From positions 26,204 to 90,203 of the forward strand of contig JAPLWQ010000003.1 of the NCBI GenBank assembly GCA_026396515.1: a stretch of DNA of 64,000 nucleotides, given 5' to 3'. The translations under genes were made by a program, and so were the position numbers. Numbering within the stretch: the first letter of the stretch is position 1; each line of letters starts with the position of its first letter. Of this stretch, positions 47,061 through 55,779 are shown one piece after another. Under the pieces are notes generated by a model, which searched no databases, was not told the origin of the DNA, and saw nothing but the letters and a program-made list of their open reading frames with translations. This DNA comes from Candidatus Magasanikiibacteriota bacterium. Its GTDB lineage: Bacteria > Patescibacteriota > Patescibacteriia > Magasanikbacterales > GWA2-37-8.

Positions 47061-47618
47061 ATGCCTACTTCAGGCACAGCATTAATCGATCCGGCAATAG
47101 TATTTAAAAAGATCGGCTTAAGCGCCGGAATGCGCGTGGCCGATTTTGGCTGCGGGCGCACCGGACATTTTGTATTTCCAATGTCGCCGATTATCGGGGA
47201 CAAGGGCGTGATATATGCCGTTGACATAATGAAGGATATTTTGGAAAGCATAAAAAGCCGTTCAAGGTCAGAGGGCTTCAGTAATATTCAGGCGGTTTGG
47301 TCTGATCTTGAAAGTGTCGGCGCTGCGCCGATACCAGAGGGAAGTTTGGATGCGGGTTTTTTTGTCAATGTGATGTTTCTGTTGAAAAATCGTTTGGGAG
47401 CGATAAAGGAATCGTTGAGATTAATCAGAGAAGACGGATATCTAATTGTTATTGATTGGGCGAAAAAAGTCGGCCCGATCGGCCCTACACCAGAGCAAAT
47501 GGTTAACCAGGAAGCGCTCGTTGGTATGGGTTTAAAAGAAAACCTGCAGCTGGTCGGCCGTATGCCGATGGGGGATTATCATTTTTGCGTAATATTTAAA
47601 AAGAAAAAAGAGATATGA
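47061..47618 (+). CDS. Class I SAM-dependent methyltransferase
   Basis: VADFGCGRTG, IYAVDI, LIVIDW. Confidence 0.88.
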   Translation: MPTSGTALIDPAIVFKKIGLSAGMRVADFGCGRTGHFVFPMSPIIGDKGVIYAVDIMKDILESIKSRSRSEGFSNIQAVWSDLESVGAAPIPEGSLDAGFFVNVMFLLKNRLGAIKESLRLIREDGYLIVIDWAKKVGPIGPTPEQMVNQEALVGMGLKENLQLVGRMPMGDYHFCVIFKKKKEI

Positions 47619-48013
47619 ATATCATGAACATTCTTGGCTGGTCATATTGGTTTCAGCAGCCATATATAGCGCGAGGGACAACTATGTGGATTTGGGTGAT
47701 TATTTTTTTGGCGGCGATTTTCGGCGGTTTAATTTTGAAATTTGTCCAACAACAATTGTCTGAAAAATATAAAAAGAAAATGGCGAACAGCTTCTCCAAT
47801 GTCGGGCTGACTTCCGGCCTGCTTGGCTTACTCTGGCTTTTTCTCCGCCAGGAGCAGGTGCCGTTTCTGGCCTGGCGTTTCTGGCTGTTGTTTTTAGTGG
47901 CTTATGCCCTCTATGTAGTTATTAAGAATTTAAAGTTTATTATTACCCGTTTACCGGAGATTCGCGCTGAACATGCCGATAAAGCCTTGAAGGAGAAATA
48001 TTTGCCCAAATAG
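47615..48013 (+). CDS. Hypothetical membrane protein
   Basis: Three TM helices; FLRQEQVPFL..RFW, ends EKYLPK; ATGA overlap with the upstream gene. Confidence 0.75.
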   Translation: MNIMNILGWSYWFQQPYIARGTTMWIWVIIFLAAIFGGLILKFVQQQLSEKYKKKMANSFSNVGLTSGLLGLLWLFLRQEQVPFLAWRFWLLFLVAYALYVVIKNLKFIITRLPEIRAEHADKALKEKYLPK

Positions 48014-48014
48014 C

Positions 48015-48380
48015 GTGACGCGACACAATAAAAATATTGGTGATTGGGGAGAGGATCTGGCTGTGGGTTTTTTGCGGCGCCGCGGATTTGCAATCATTGA
48101 ACGCAATTTTCATACAACTCAAGGTGAAATTGACATCGTCGCCCAAAAAGGCGGCGATTATTATTTTGTGGAAGTAAAAACACGGCTGAATTTGGCTTTG
48201 GCCACGGATCTGGCGATTCACCCTCTCAAGCAGTACCGCCTGGCCAAAGCGGTAAAAGAATATTGCTATCGCCGGAATATCGGCGGCGTTGGCATAATAT
48301 ATGTAGGCATAATTGTTTTACCGGATAGGGCAAAAAAAACGGTAAAAATCAGATATGTTGTTTTGCGGAATTTATCCTGA
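48015..48380 (+). CDS. YraN (UPF0102) family nuclease-like protein
   Basis: GDWGEDLA..FL, ERNF....GEIDIVA, FVEVKTR. Confidence 0.88.
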   Translation: MTRHNKNIGDWGEDLAVGFLRRRGFAIIERNFHTTQGEIDIVAQKGGDYYFVEVKTRLNLALATDLAIHPLKQYRLAKAVKEYCYRRNIGGVGIIYVGIIVLPDRAKKTVKIRYVVLRNLS

Positions 48381-48465
48381 AATTTAATGAAATGCGGATT
48401 CTTTTGACACTATTGAATAATAATAAGAAATCCTATATAATGCCATCAAATAACTAACTAATTAT

Positions 48466-49065
48466 ATGACAAATAAAAATGAAAGAACGTTCGTAATTGT
48501 TAAGCCGGATGGCGTACAAAGATCGCTCGTCGGTGAAATTATCCGCCGGATTGAGCGCGTTGGCCTTAAACTTATTGGAATTAAATTTATTGTGCCGACA
48601 GAGGATCAGTGTTGGGCGCATTATAATAAAGATGATGTTTGGTTTGAAACCAAGGGCGCTAAAATGATTGAAAGTCGTAAGACCAATGGATTGCCGGTTG
48701 ACAAACCGGCCGTGGAATACGGCAAGGACATTGTCCGGGCTCTGGTAAAATTTATGACCTGCGGTCCGGTAGTGGCCATGGTCTGGCAGGGGAATGAATC
48801 AGCGGGAATTGTGAAAAAAATTGTCGGCGGCACTGAACCGCTTACCTCTGATGTTGGTACAATCCGCGGAGATTTGACATTGGATTCGTACGATTTGTCA
48901 GGCATGGATGACCGGGCCGTCAGAAATCTGGTGCATTGTTCTGATAAACCGGAAGAGGCGGAAAGAGAAATCAAAATTTGGTTTAAAGAAGATGAGATAA
49001 TAAAGTACCGTCTGGTCACGGAAGAAATATTGTACGATGTGAACCTTGACGGGATACTTGAATAG
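48466..49065 (+). CDS. ndk: Nucleoside diphosphate kinase
   Basis: ERTFVIVKPDGVQRSLVGEII, GTIRGD, RNLVHCSD. Confidence 0.95.
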   Translation: MTNKNERTFVIVKPDGVQRSLVGEIIRRIERVGLKLIGIKFIVPTEDQCWAHYNKDDVWFETKGAKMIESRKTNGLPVDKPAVEYGKDIVRALVKFMTCGPVVAMVWQGNESAGIVKKIVGGTEPLTSDVGTIRGDLTLDSYDLSGMDDRAVRNLVHCSDKPEEAEREIKIWFKEDEIIKYRLVTEEILYDVNLDGILE

Positions 49066-49072
49066 CAAACAG

Positions 49073-49130
49073 AAAATGCGCCTCAATCCGGGGCGCTTTT
49101 TTAAACGAAAACGACAGCCGGGCGGCTGTC
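49073..49130. terminator. Paired hairpins between the convergent ndk and orphan genes
   Basis: GCGCCTC...GGGGCGC followed by TTTTTT, and GACAGCCG-GG-CGGCTGTC (49113-49130). Confidence 0.65.
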
Positions 49131-49158
49131 TTGGAAATGAGCGGGTAGGTTTTGGTGG

Positions 49159-49698
49159 TTAGAATAGACTGCGGAAATAGATAGCGCTGGTCTCTACCTG
49201 GTTGACTACGCGCGAGCCCTTCACTTGCCAGTCATCATAGATGACGGCGTTGAGTTCGGCGAGTTTTGTCTGACGTTTGGCAATGACCTTTTCGATCCCG
49301 CCGTGACATTCCAGCTCTCCGCCTGGTTTCAGGTCGCACACGGCGGCCACGTCGTTGAATTCCTTTTTTATTGGCGCCAGTTCGTAAGATATCGCCACTT
49401 GGTTGTGGCATATTGAAATTGCGAACACGATTACGAGGAGACGCAGTCCGAAGCGGATTACCTTTGGAAGGTACTTAAAGCGCCCGATGAGAAAGAGCAG
49501 TCCGATGCCGAGAATGATGTAGAGCACTATCGCATAGAACTCCTTCATCAGATCCGGCGGTGTCATGCCAAAGTCTGCTGCCCACCTGCTGGCGGTCATG
49601 TTCACGGTACTGGACAGCGCGACCATCCCAAATAAAGCGTAAATCCATTTGGTCCAGGACCCGTTGACCTGCCTTTCTTCACCTTCACGCTCTATCAT
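49159..49698 (-). CDS. Orphan membrane protein
   Basis: Three TM segments; AAGGAGG SD; consensus promoter upstream. Confidence 0.75.
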   Translation of the reverse strand: MIEREGEERQVNGSWTKWIYALFGMVALSSTVNMTASRWAADFGMTPPDLMKEFYAIVLYIILGIGLLFLIGRFKYLPKVIRFGLRLLVIVFAISICHNQVAISYELAPIKKEFNDVAAVCDLKPGGELECHGGIEKVIAKRQTKLAELNAVIYDDWQVKGSRVVNQVETSAIYFRSLF

Positions 49699-49733
49699 TT
49701 TTCCTCCTTGTGGTTTTTGTATGATAACGCCGA

Positions 49734-49762
49734 ATTATAGCATATAAATGCGATATTGTCAA
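49734..49762 (-). promoter_or_regulatory. Consensus sigma70 promoter
   Basis: Minus strand TTGACA-17-TATAAT with extended TG. Confidence 0.8.
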
Positions 49763-49847
49763 GGTTGATTGCTCGTATTTCTTATGCACAAACAAACTTT
49801 GCTACAAAGGTCAAAATTTGCTAAAATTAAGGCACAAAACATATCAT

Positions 49848-50834
49848 ATGAATATTATCGATAAAATTAAAGTTGCCGGTTTGACTGGCAGGGGAGGTGC
49901 TGAGTTTCCGACTGCCCAAAAGTGGCAGTCCGTATTAAACGCAAAAAAAGCCAACCCAAAAAAACCGGTCTATGTCGTATGCAACTTAAGCGAGGGCGAG
50001 CCGGGTGTGGACAAAGACATGCATATTGTCGAATATTTTCCCGAAGATGTGATTATTGGCATGCGGGCGGCGATTGAAACGTTTCATGCCGATAAGGCCT
50101 ATATTTTTGTTCAGAGCCATAATTTAAAAAAGGTAAAATCTCGGCTCGGCCCGTTTATCAAGCGGCTGCCCATTGTTTTCTTTCCTGAAGACCGCGGGTA
50201 CCTTGCCGGAGAAGAAACCGCCTTAATTGAAACAATTGAAGGCAATAGAACCGAACCAAGATTAAAACCTCCTTATCCGACCGAAAAAGGATTGTTTGGC
50301 TGTCCGACGCTGGTTAATAATTTAGAAACATTTTATTGTGTTTCCAGAATTTTAAGAGGTGAATATAATAGCACCAGATTTATATCTATCCGCGGAGATG
50401 CGCGGAATCCCGGAGTTTTTGAGATGCCCTGTACGGCCACCATAGAACATATTTTGAAAAAAACAAAGAATGTTCCGCGCTTCGGATATTTTGTCCAAGT
50501 GGGAGGCGGCGCGTCCGGCAACATTCTTTTGCCTGAAGAATTGGAAACAACTATTAAAGGCGCCGGTTCAATAATGATTTACGGAACCAAAAAAACAGAC
50601 GGCCGCAAACTGATGAAGAGATGGGTTGAGTTTTTTTACCGTTCAAACTGCGGAAAGTGCGCTCCCTGCCGCGAAGGAGTGTACCGTCTGCGCGAAGAGC
50701 TTGGAAAAGCGAAGCCAAACTGGTTAATATTGCGGGCAGTGTTGGAAACGATGCGCGATTCAAGTTTTTGCCCGCTGGGTAAAAGCGTTCATGAACCGAT
50801 GATGAGCTTTATGGAAAAAATCGGTGTTAAATAA
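49848..50834 (+). CDS. Minimal NuoF/HydB-like NADH-binding flavoprotein subunit
   Basis: GLTGRGGAEFPT..KW, CNLSEGEPG, YLAGEETAL, PRLKPPYP, NNLET, CGKCAPCREG...SFCPLG; ATG at 49848. Confidence 0.88.
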   Translation: MNIIDKIKVAGLTGRGGAEFPTAQKWQSVLNAKKANPKKPVYVVCNLSEGEPGVDKDMHIVEYFPEDVIIGMRAAIETFHADKAYIFVQSHNLKKVKSRLGPFIKRLPIVFFPEDRGYLAGEETALIETIEGNRTEPRLKPPYPTEKGLFGCPTLVNNLETFYCVSRILRGEYNSTRFISIRGDARNPGVFEMPCTATIEHILKKTKNVPRFGYFVQVGGGASGNILLPEELETTIKGAGSIMIYGTKKTDGRKLMKRWVEFFYRSNCGKCAPCREGVYRLREELGKAKPNWLILRAVLETMRDSSFCPLGKSVHEPMMSFMEKIGVK

Positions 50835-50841
50835 TTTTATT

Positions 50842-51360
50842 ATGCCAATGAGTGAACAAGTGGAAGCGGTGCCAAAGGAAAAGACAATTTACGTAGTGGG
50901 AGTATTTTTGTTTTTGCTCGGTGGTGTAATGCTCGCTCCTCTGTTTCCTAATCAATTTATTTCCGGTCCGATTGTAAACGCCATTTTGCTGATCGTTACC
51001 GTCATATTGGGTTTGCGCAGCGGAATACTTATGTCTTTTTTGCCGAGTGTAATGGCATTGGTCGGCGGCCTTTTGCCGGCAATATTTATCCCTTTCATTC
51101 CATTTATCATGGCCGGAAATATTATTTTTGTCACTATATTTCATTACTTGCGCCAGAAAAATTTTTGGCTCGGCGCCGGAGCGGGTAGCGTGGTAAAATT
51201 TATTTTTCTTTATATATCCAGCAAAATAATGTTTGATTATTTTACTGGTCAGACGCTTGCCGGGGCGTTTGCACTGATGATGTCTTGGAATCAACTGTAT
51301 TCTGCGGCAGTCGGCAGTTTGATCGCCTTTTTATTTCTAAAAACAATTAAACGTATTTAG
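50842..51360 (+). CDS. Membrane protein, ECF S-component-like
   Basis: About 5 TM helices; NQFISGPIVNAILL, PFIMAGN, SVVKFIFL. Confidence 0.65.
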   Translation: MPMSEQVEAVPKEKTIYVVGVFLFLLGGVMLAPLFPNQFISGPIVNAILLIVTVILGLRSGILMSFLPSVMALVGGLLPAIFIPFIPFIMAGNIIFVTIFHYLRQKNFWLGAGAGSVVKFIFLYISSKIMFDYFTGQTLAGAFALMMSWNQLYSAAVGSLIAFLFLKTIKRI

Positions 51361-51364
51361 TGTT

Positions 51365-53164
51365 ATGCCGAAAAAATTTCAAATAAAGATTGACGGGAAA
51401 AATATCGACGCCATGGAAGGTGAAACAATTTTGCAGGCGGCTTTGAGGTCTAATATTGATATTCCGCATCTCTGCCAGCACCCCGACCTGTCTGTACGCG
51501 CCAATTGCCGGATGTGTATGGTGAGCGTGAAGGGAATACGCTCGCTTGTCACCGCTTGTTCCACTAATGTGGCGCCGGGAATGGAAATAATTTCGAAATC
51601 GCCGGCAATAAAACGATCGCGCAAATTTAATTTGGAAATGATTTTCGGCGAGCATGTGGAAGATTGCCCTGTTTGCGTTTGGAATTCACGCTGTGATTTG
51701 CTTAAATACCGCAAAGAGCTTAATTCAAAAATGCTACGGTTTGAAGACCGAAAAGTTAGGCGTCCGATCTACGAGTTCGGTCCGATTGTTTTTGATCAGA
51801 CGAAATGTATTGATTGCCGAAATTGTGTGGAAGTTTGCCCTGTGGAATATTTGGAAGTGAGCGGTAAAGGTTCAGAAATTGGCATTGAGCCGTCGGCGAA
51901 TAGAAAGAAGGATTGTATTGCCTGCGGCCAGTGTATAGTACATTGCCCGGCTGGAGCGATAAAATCCGTCGGCGAATATTCGGCGATTGATAAGTTGGAA
52001 AAATTATTTAAACAAAAAGATAAGATTGTAGTAGTGCAGTTCGCCCCCTCGATCAGAGTCTCGATCGGTGAAGAGCTTGGCCTGCCTTATGGCGCCGCTG
52101 CCACCAATCAGCTCTCTGCCGGTTTGCGCGCGCTGGGATTCAATTATGTTTTTGACACTTCTGCTGCTGCTGATTTTACCACTATTGAAGAGGCGTCCGA
52201 AGCGGTCGAGAGAATAAAAAAAGGAGAGAATCTGCCGATATTTACATCCTGTTGTCCTTCCTGGGTGATGTTTATGGAATTTAATCGTCCGGATTATGTG
52301 AAACATTTAAGCACGGCGCGTTCGCCCGAGATTATGCTTGGCGGACTGATTAAAACCTATTGGGCGGAAAAAGAAAAAATTGATCCGAAACAGATAATTT
52401 CCGTTTCAGTAATGCCTTGCACCTCCAAAAAGTTTGAAATTGAAAGGCCGGAATTTAAGATTAATGGCTTGAAGCCGGTGGATATTGTAATAACCACACG
52501 CGAGCTGTCCCGCTGGCTCTTAAATAAAAAAATTGATCTGAAAAAAATAAAGCCGTCCATGGCTGACAATCCGTTTGGCGATCCGTCCGGCGCCGGTGTC
52601 ATCTACGGCGCCTCCGGCGGTGTCATGGAATCGGCTTTGAGAACCGCTTATTGGATCTTAACCGGAGAGAATTTGAAAGACTACAACTTGTTTAAAAATG
52701 TGCGCGGTTTGGACGGAATTAAAAGAGCGGTGATTAAACTGCCGCGTCCGCTTAAAACCGCAAAAGGCGTGCGCACTGAACTTCGGGTAGTTGTGACCAA
52801 TATGATAAAAAACGCGAGGTTAATTCTTGATGAGTTGAAGAAAGATCCTTCGGCCTATGATTTTGTGGAAGTGATGACTTGCCCGGGCGGATGTATTGGC
52901 GGGGGAGGCCAATCAATGCCGGTAGATAATTCCATACGCGAACGTAGGGCTTCCTCCCTTTACGTGATTGATGGTGAGAAAAAAATTCGGTTGGCGCACG
53001 AGAATCCGGCTGTGCTTAAGGCTTATGACGATTATTTCAAGGATGTTAATAAGAAGCACCTGGTTTTCCATACAAAATTTTATCCGAAAAATAGGACTAA
53101 AATAATTACCCGGCGCCGGGTAAAAGCTGATGGGGCCCTACAGAGCGATAAATATAAAAAATAA
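51365..53164 (+). CDS. hydA: [FeFe]-hydrogenase catalytic subunit (group A, with 2Fe-2S, His-ligated 4Fe-4S and two further 4Fe-4S sites)
   Basis: H-cluster motifs FTSCCPSW, MPCTSKKFE, EVMTCPGGCIGGGGQ; F-clusters HLC...NCRMC...TAC, HVEDCPVC.....C, CIDCRNCVEVCP, CIACGQCIVHCP. Confidence 0.93.
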   Translation: MPKKFQIKIDGKNIDAMEGETILQAALRSNIDIPHLCQHPDLSVRANCRMCMVSVKGIRSLVTACSTNVAPGMEIISKSPAIKRSRKFNLEMIFGEHVEDCPVCVWNSRCDLLKYRKELNSKMLRFEDRKVRRPIYEFGPIVFDQTKCIDCRNCVEVCPVEYLEVSGKGSEIGIEPSANRKKDCIACGQCIVHCPAGAIKSVGEYSAIDKLEKLFKQKDKIVVVQFAPSIRVSIGEELGLPYGAAATNQLSAGLRALGFNYVFDTSAAADFTTIEEASEAVERIKKGENLPIFTSCCPSWVMFMEFNRPDYVKHLSTARSPEIMLGGLIKTYWAEKEKIDPKQIISVSVMPCTSKKFEIERPEFKINGLKPVDIVITTRELSRWLLNKKIDLKKIKPSMADNPFGDPSGAGVIYGASGGVMESALRTAYWILTGENLKDYNLFKNVRGLDGIKRAVIKLPRPLKTAKGVRTELRVVVTNMIKNARLILDELKKDPSAYDFVEVMTCPGGCIGGGGQSMPVDNSIRERRASSLYVIDGEKKIRLAHENPAVLKAYDDYFKDVNKKHLVFHTKFYPKNRTKIITRRRVKADGALQSDKYKK

Positions 53165-53174
53165 TAGATACTTT

Positions 53175-54863
53175 ATGCCCATGGAAAAGAAATCACCAAT
53201 TTATACCATATTGGTCGGCGGCGCAGCCGGAGACGGCGCTAAAGAGGCGGCTATAAATTTCGGCCGGCTGGCGGCTAAACACGGTTATGAATTTTTTTTG
53301 TCAGTGGAATATCCGTCGCTTATCCGGGGCGGGCATAATTATGCGCGTGTAAGCATATCCTCCAAAAAAGTTTTTTGTGATTCAGCCGAGCTCGATGCGG
53401 TGGTGGCTCTTAATGATGAAACAGTTGAAAAACATCGGTCTGAAATAAAAAAAGGCGGAATGATTTTTTTAGACAGTGCTGAGGATGCCGGGAAGAAAGG
53501 GTTGATAAATATTCCGGCGAGCGCCTGGGTTAAAGAAGAAAATTTGCCGCGTCTTTTTAGGGCCAGCGCACTGCTTGGCGCCGTCTGCCGATATTATAAT
53601 TTTGATATTGTTGAGCTGAACAATATTTTTAAAGAAATTTTCGGTGAAAAAGCCGGGCCGAATATCTTGCTGGCCAAAAAGGGCTATGAGTTTTTGCAGA
53701 GTAAAAATGTTCAGCAAGTATTTCTGCCGCGCCGTAAGTGCGCCGGGAAAATGGTGCTTGACGGGAACGAAGCTTTTTCGGAAGGATTAGTTAAAGCAGG
53801 CCTGAAGAATTACTTTGGCTACCCCATGACGCCCTCTTCTTCCATATTGCATTATCTGGCAAAGAAGGCGAAAGAATATAAATTGAAAGTGGTTCAGCCG
53901 GAAAATGAAATTAGCGTTATAAACATGGCACTTGGCGCTTCATATGCCGGCAGTCGGACTGCGATAGCATCCACCGGCGGCGGTTTCGCTCTTATGCTTG
54001 AGGCGATGGCTTTTGCCGGAGTAGCCGAGATTCCAATCGTCGTGGTCGATGCCCAGCGCGCTTCAACCTCAACCGGCGTACCGACACGGACCGGACAGGG
54101 CGATCTTGATTTCGTCCGTCATTTACCGGGAGAGTATCCGAGAATTGTGCTGGCGCCCGGAGATGCCGACGAGGCGTATCTTATAGCCGGCGCAGCCATG
54201 AATCTGGCGTGGAAATTTCAATCGCCGGCCGTTGTGTTGCTTGACAAGCATTTATCCGAAAGTGTTTCCACTGTTGACTTGCAGACAAATAAAGTTAAAA
54301 TTGAAAACCCAAAGATAGCCGGCAACGGTGCCGCTTACCGCCGCTACGCATTTTCGCCGGATGGCGTGTCGGCGCTGGCGTTTCCCGGTGAGAAAGGCAA
54401 AGTAGTAAAAATATCCAGTTATGAGCACGACGAAGATGGATATATTTGTGATGGCGTGGAAAACGCCAAAAAAATGTGCGAAAAGCGTTTTGCCAAGACA
54501 AAAGGCATTGTCGTGGAAAGAAAAAAATATGATTCAATAAAAATTTACGGTGATAAGAAAGCGAAGAATGCCGTAATTTTTTGGGGTTCGGTAAAAGGCC
54601 CGATGCTTGAGGCGATGCGCGCGGTCAAGCGGCCATATAAAGCGGTCCAAATTGTCTGGTTGGAACCGTTTGATACTGATCGTTTTTTGAAAGAAATAAA
54701 AGGTGTAAAAAAATTGGTGATAGCGGAAAATAATTTTACCGGACAGCTGGCTAAGCTAATACGGGAGAAAACCGGTGTAGAAATAAAAAATAAGATATTG
54801 AAATATGATTCTTTGCCTTTTGACGTTCGGGAATTGGCAAAAAAATTAGATAAGATATTTTAA
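53175..54863 (+). CDS. 2-oxoacid:ferredoxin oxidoreductase alpha subunit (gamma-alpha fusion)
   Basis: GGAAGDGA, EYPSLIRGGHN, GYPMTPSS, ENEI, STGVPTR..QGD. Confidence 0.92.
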   Translation: MPMEKKSPIYTILVGGAAGDGAKEAAINFGRLAAKHGYEFFLSVEYPSLIRGGHNYARVSISSKKVFCDSAELDAVVALNDETVEKHRSEIKKGGMIFLDSAEDAGKKGLINIPASAWVKEENLPRLFRASALLGAVCRYYNFDIVELNNIFKEIFGEKAGPNILLAKKGYEFLQSKNVQQVFLPRRKCAGKMVLDGNEAFSEGLVKAGLKNYFGYPMTPSSSILHYLAKKAKEYKLKVVQPENEISVINMALGASYAGSRTAIASTGGGFALMLEAMAFAGVAEIPIVVVDAQRASTSTGVPTRTGQGDLDFVRHLPGEYPRIVLAPGDADEAYLIAGAAMNLAWKFQSPAVVLLDKHLSESVSTVDLQTNKVKIENPKIAGNGAAYRRYAFSPDGVSALAFPGEKGKVVKISSYEHDEDGYICDGVENAKKMCEKRFAKTKGIVVERKKYDSIKIYGDKKAKNAVIFWGSVKGPMLEAMRAVKRPYKAVQIVWLEPFDTDRFLKEIKGVKKLVIAENNFTGQLAKLIREKTGVEIKNKILKYDSLPFDVRELAKKLDKIF

Positions 54864-54867
54864 ATAT

Positions 54868-55638
54868 ATGATTGACTTTTCCACAAAAGCAAAAAATACA
54901 TGGTGTCCCGGTTGCACTAATTTTTCAATTTTAGCCGCTTTTAAAAATGCGCTCAATGATCTGGCGGGGGAGGGTTACTCAAAGGATAATTTTGTCATGG
55001 TTGCCGGCATCGGTTGCCATGGAAAAATACCGGATTATGTGGATATTAACAGTTTTATGTCTTTGCATGGCCGTGATGTTGCTTCGGCCGAGGGCATTAA
55101 AGCTGGTAACCCCAATCTGACAGTGGTTTCTTTTGCCGGAGATGGCGACGCCTATGCCGAAGGCATGGAGCATTTGGTGCATGCGGCTAAGCGTAATGCC
55201 AATATCACTTTGTTCGTGCATAATAATCAGGTTTTTGGTCTAACTACCGGACAGGTGACCCCAACCAGCCCTAAGGGCTATCGCGGCCGTTCTACGCCAT
55301 TTGGCAGCCCTGAGGAGCCGCTTAACCCTCTCGCAGTACTGCTCGCGTCCGGCGCCACCTTTATCGCCCGTGCTTGGGCGTTGGACCCGGATAAGCTGAA
55401 AGAAATAATGAAACGCGCGGTAAAGCATAAGGGGTTTTCCATTGTGGATATAATCCAGCCATGTATCACTTTCAGCGATACCAGGGCGCATTTTAAGGAT
55501 AAAGTTTTTTATCTTGACCAAAATTGGCCGACAAATGATTGGAGCAAGGCGATGCAAAAAATTCGTGAGAATTCCGACAAAGTTCCGCTGGGAGTTATCT
55601 ATGAAATTAATAAACCGGTATTTGAAGAACAGCTATGA
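54868..55638 (+). CDS. 2-oxoacid:ferredoxin oxidoreductase beta subunit (TPP-binding)
   Basis: TWCPGC, GIGC, HGR, GDGD, NNQVFGLTTGQ.TPT, QPCITF. Confidence 0.93.
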   Translation: MIDFSTKAKNTWCPGCTNFSILAAFKNALNDLAGEGYSKDNFVMVAGIGCHGKIPDYVDINSFMSLHGRDVASAEGIKAGNPNLTVVSFAGDGDAYAEGMEHLVHAAKRNANITLFVHNNQVFGLTTGQVTPTSPKGYRGRSTPFGSPEEPLNPLAVLLASGATFIARAWALDPDKLKEIMKRAVKHKGFSIVDIIQPCITFSDTRAHFKDKVFYLDQNWPTNDWSKAMQKIRENSDKVPLGVIYEINKPVFEEQL

Positions 55639-55778
55639 CCCCGTAGAGAAATTTTGAATGATTATTATTAAATTTTTCAGTAAAAATATGAAAAAGGAAA
55701 TATCGTCTCAACTGACTTTTTTTATGAAACAAAAACATAATAATCGAATAAAAATTTATTCAAAATTCTTCTACGGGG
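55639..55778. mobile_element. 140-bp MITE-like insertion with 21-bp terminal inverted repeats and a TATGA target duplication
   Basis: Left CCCCGTAGAGAAATTTTGAAT and right ATTCAAAATTCTTCTACGGGG (19/21); TATGA at 55634-55638 and 55779-55783; AT-rich core. Confidence 0.8.
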
Positions 55779-55779
55779 T

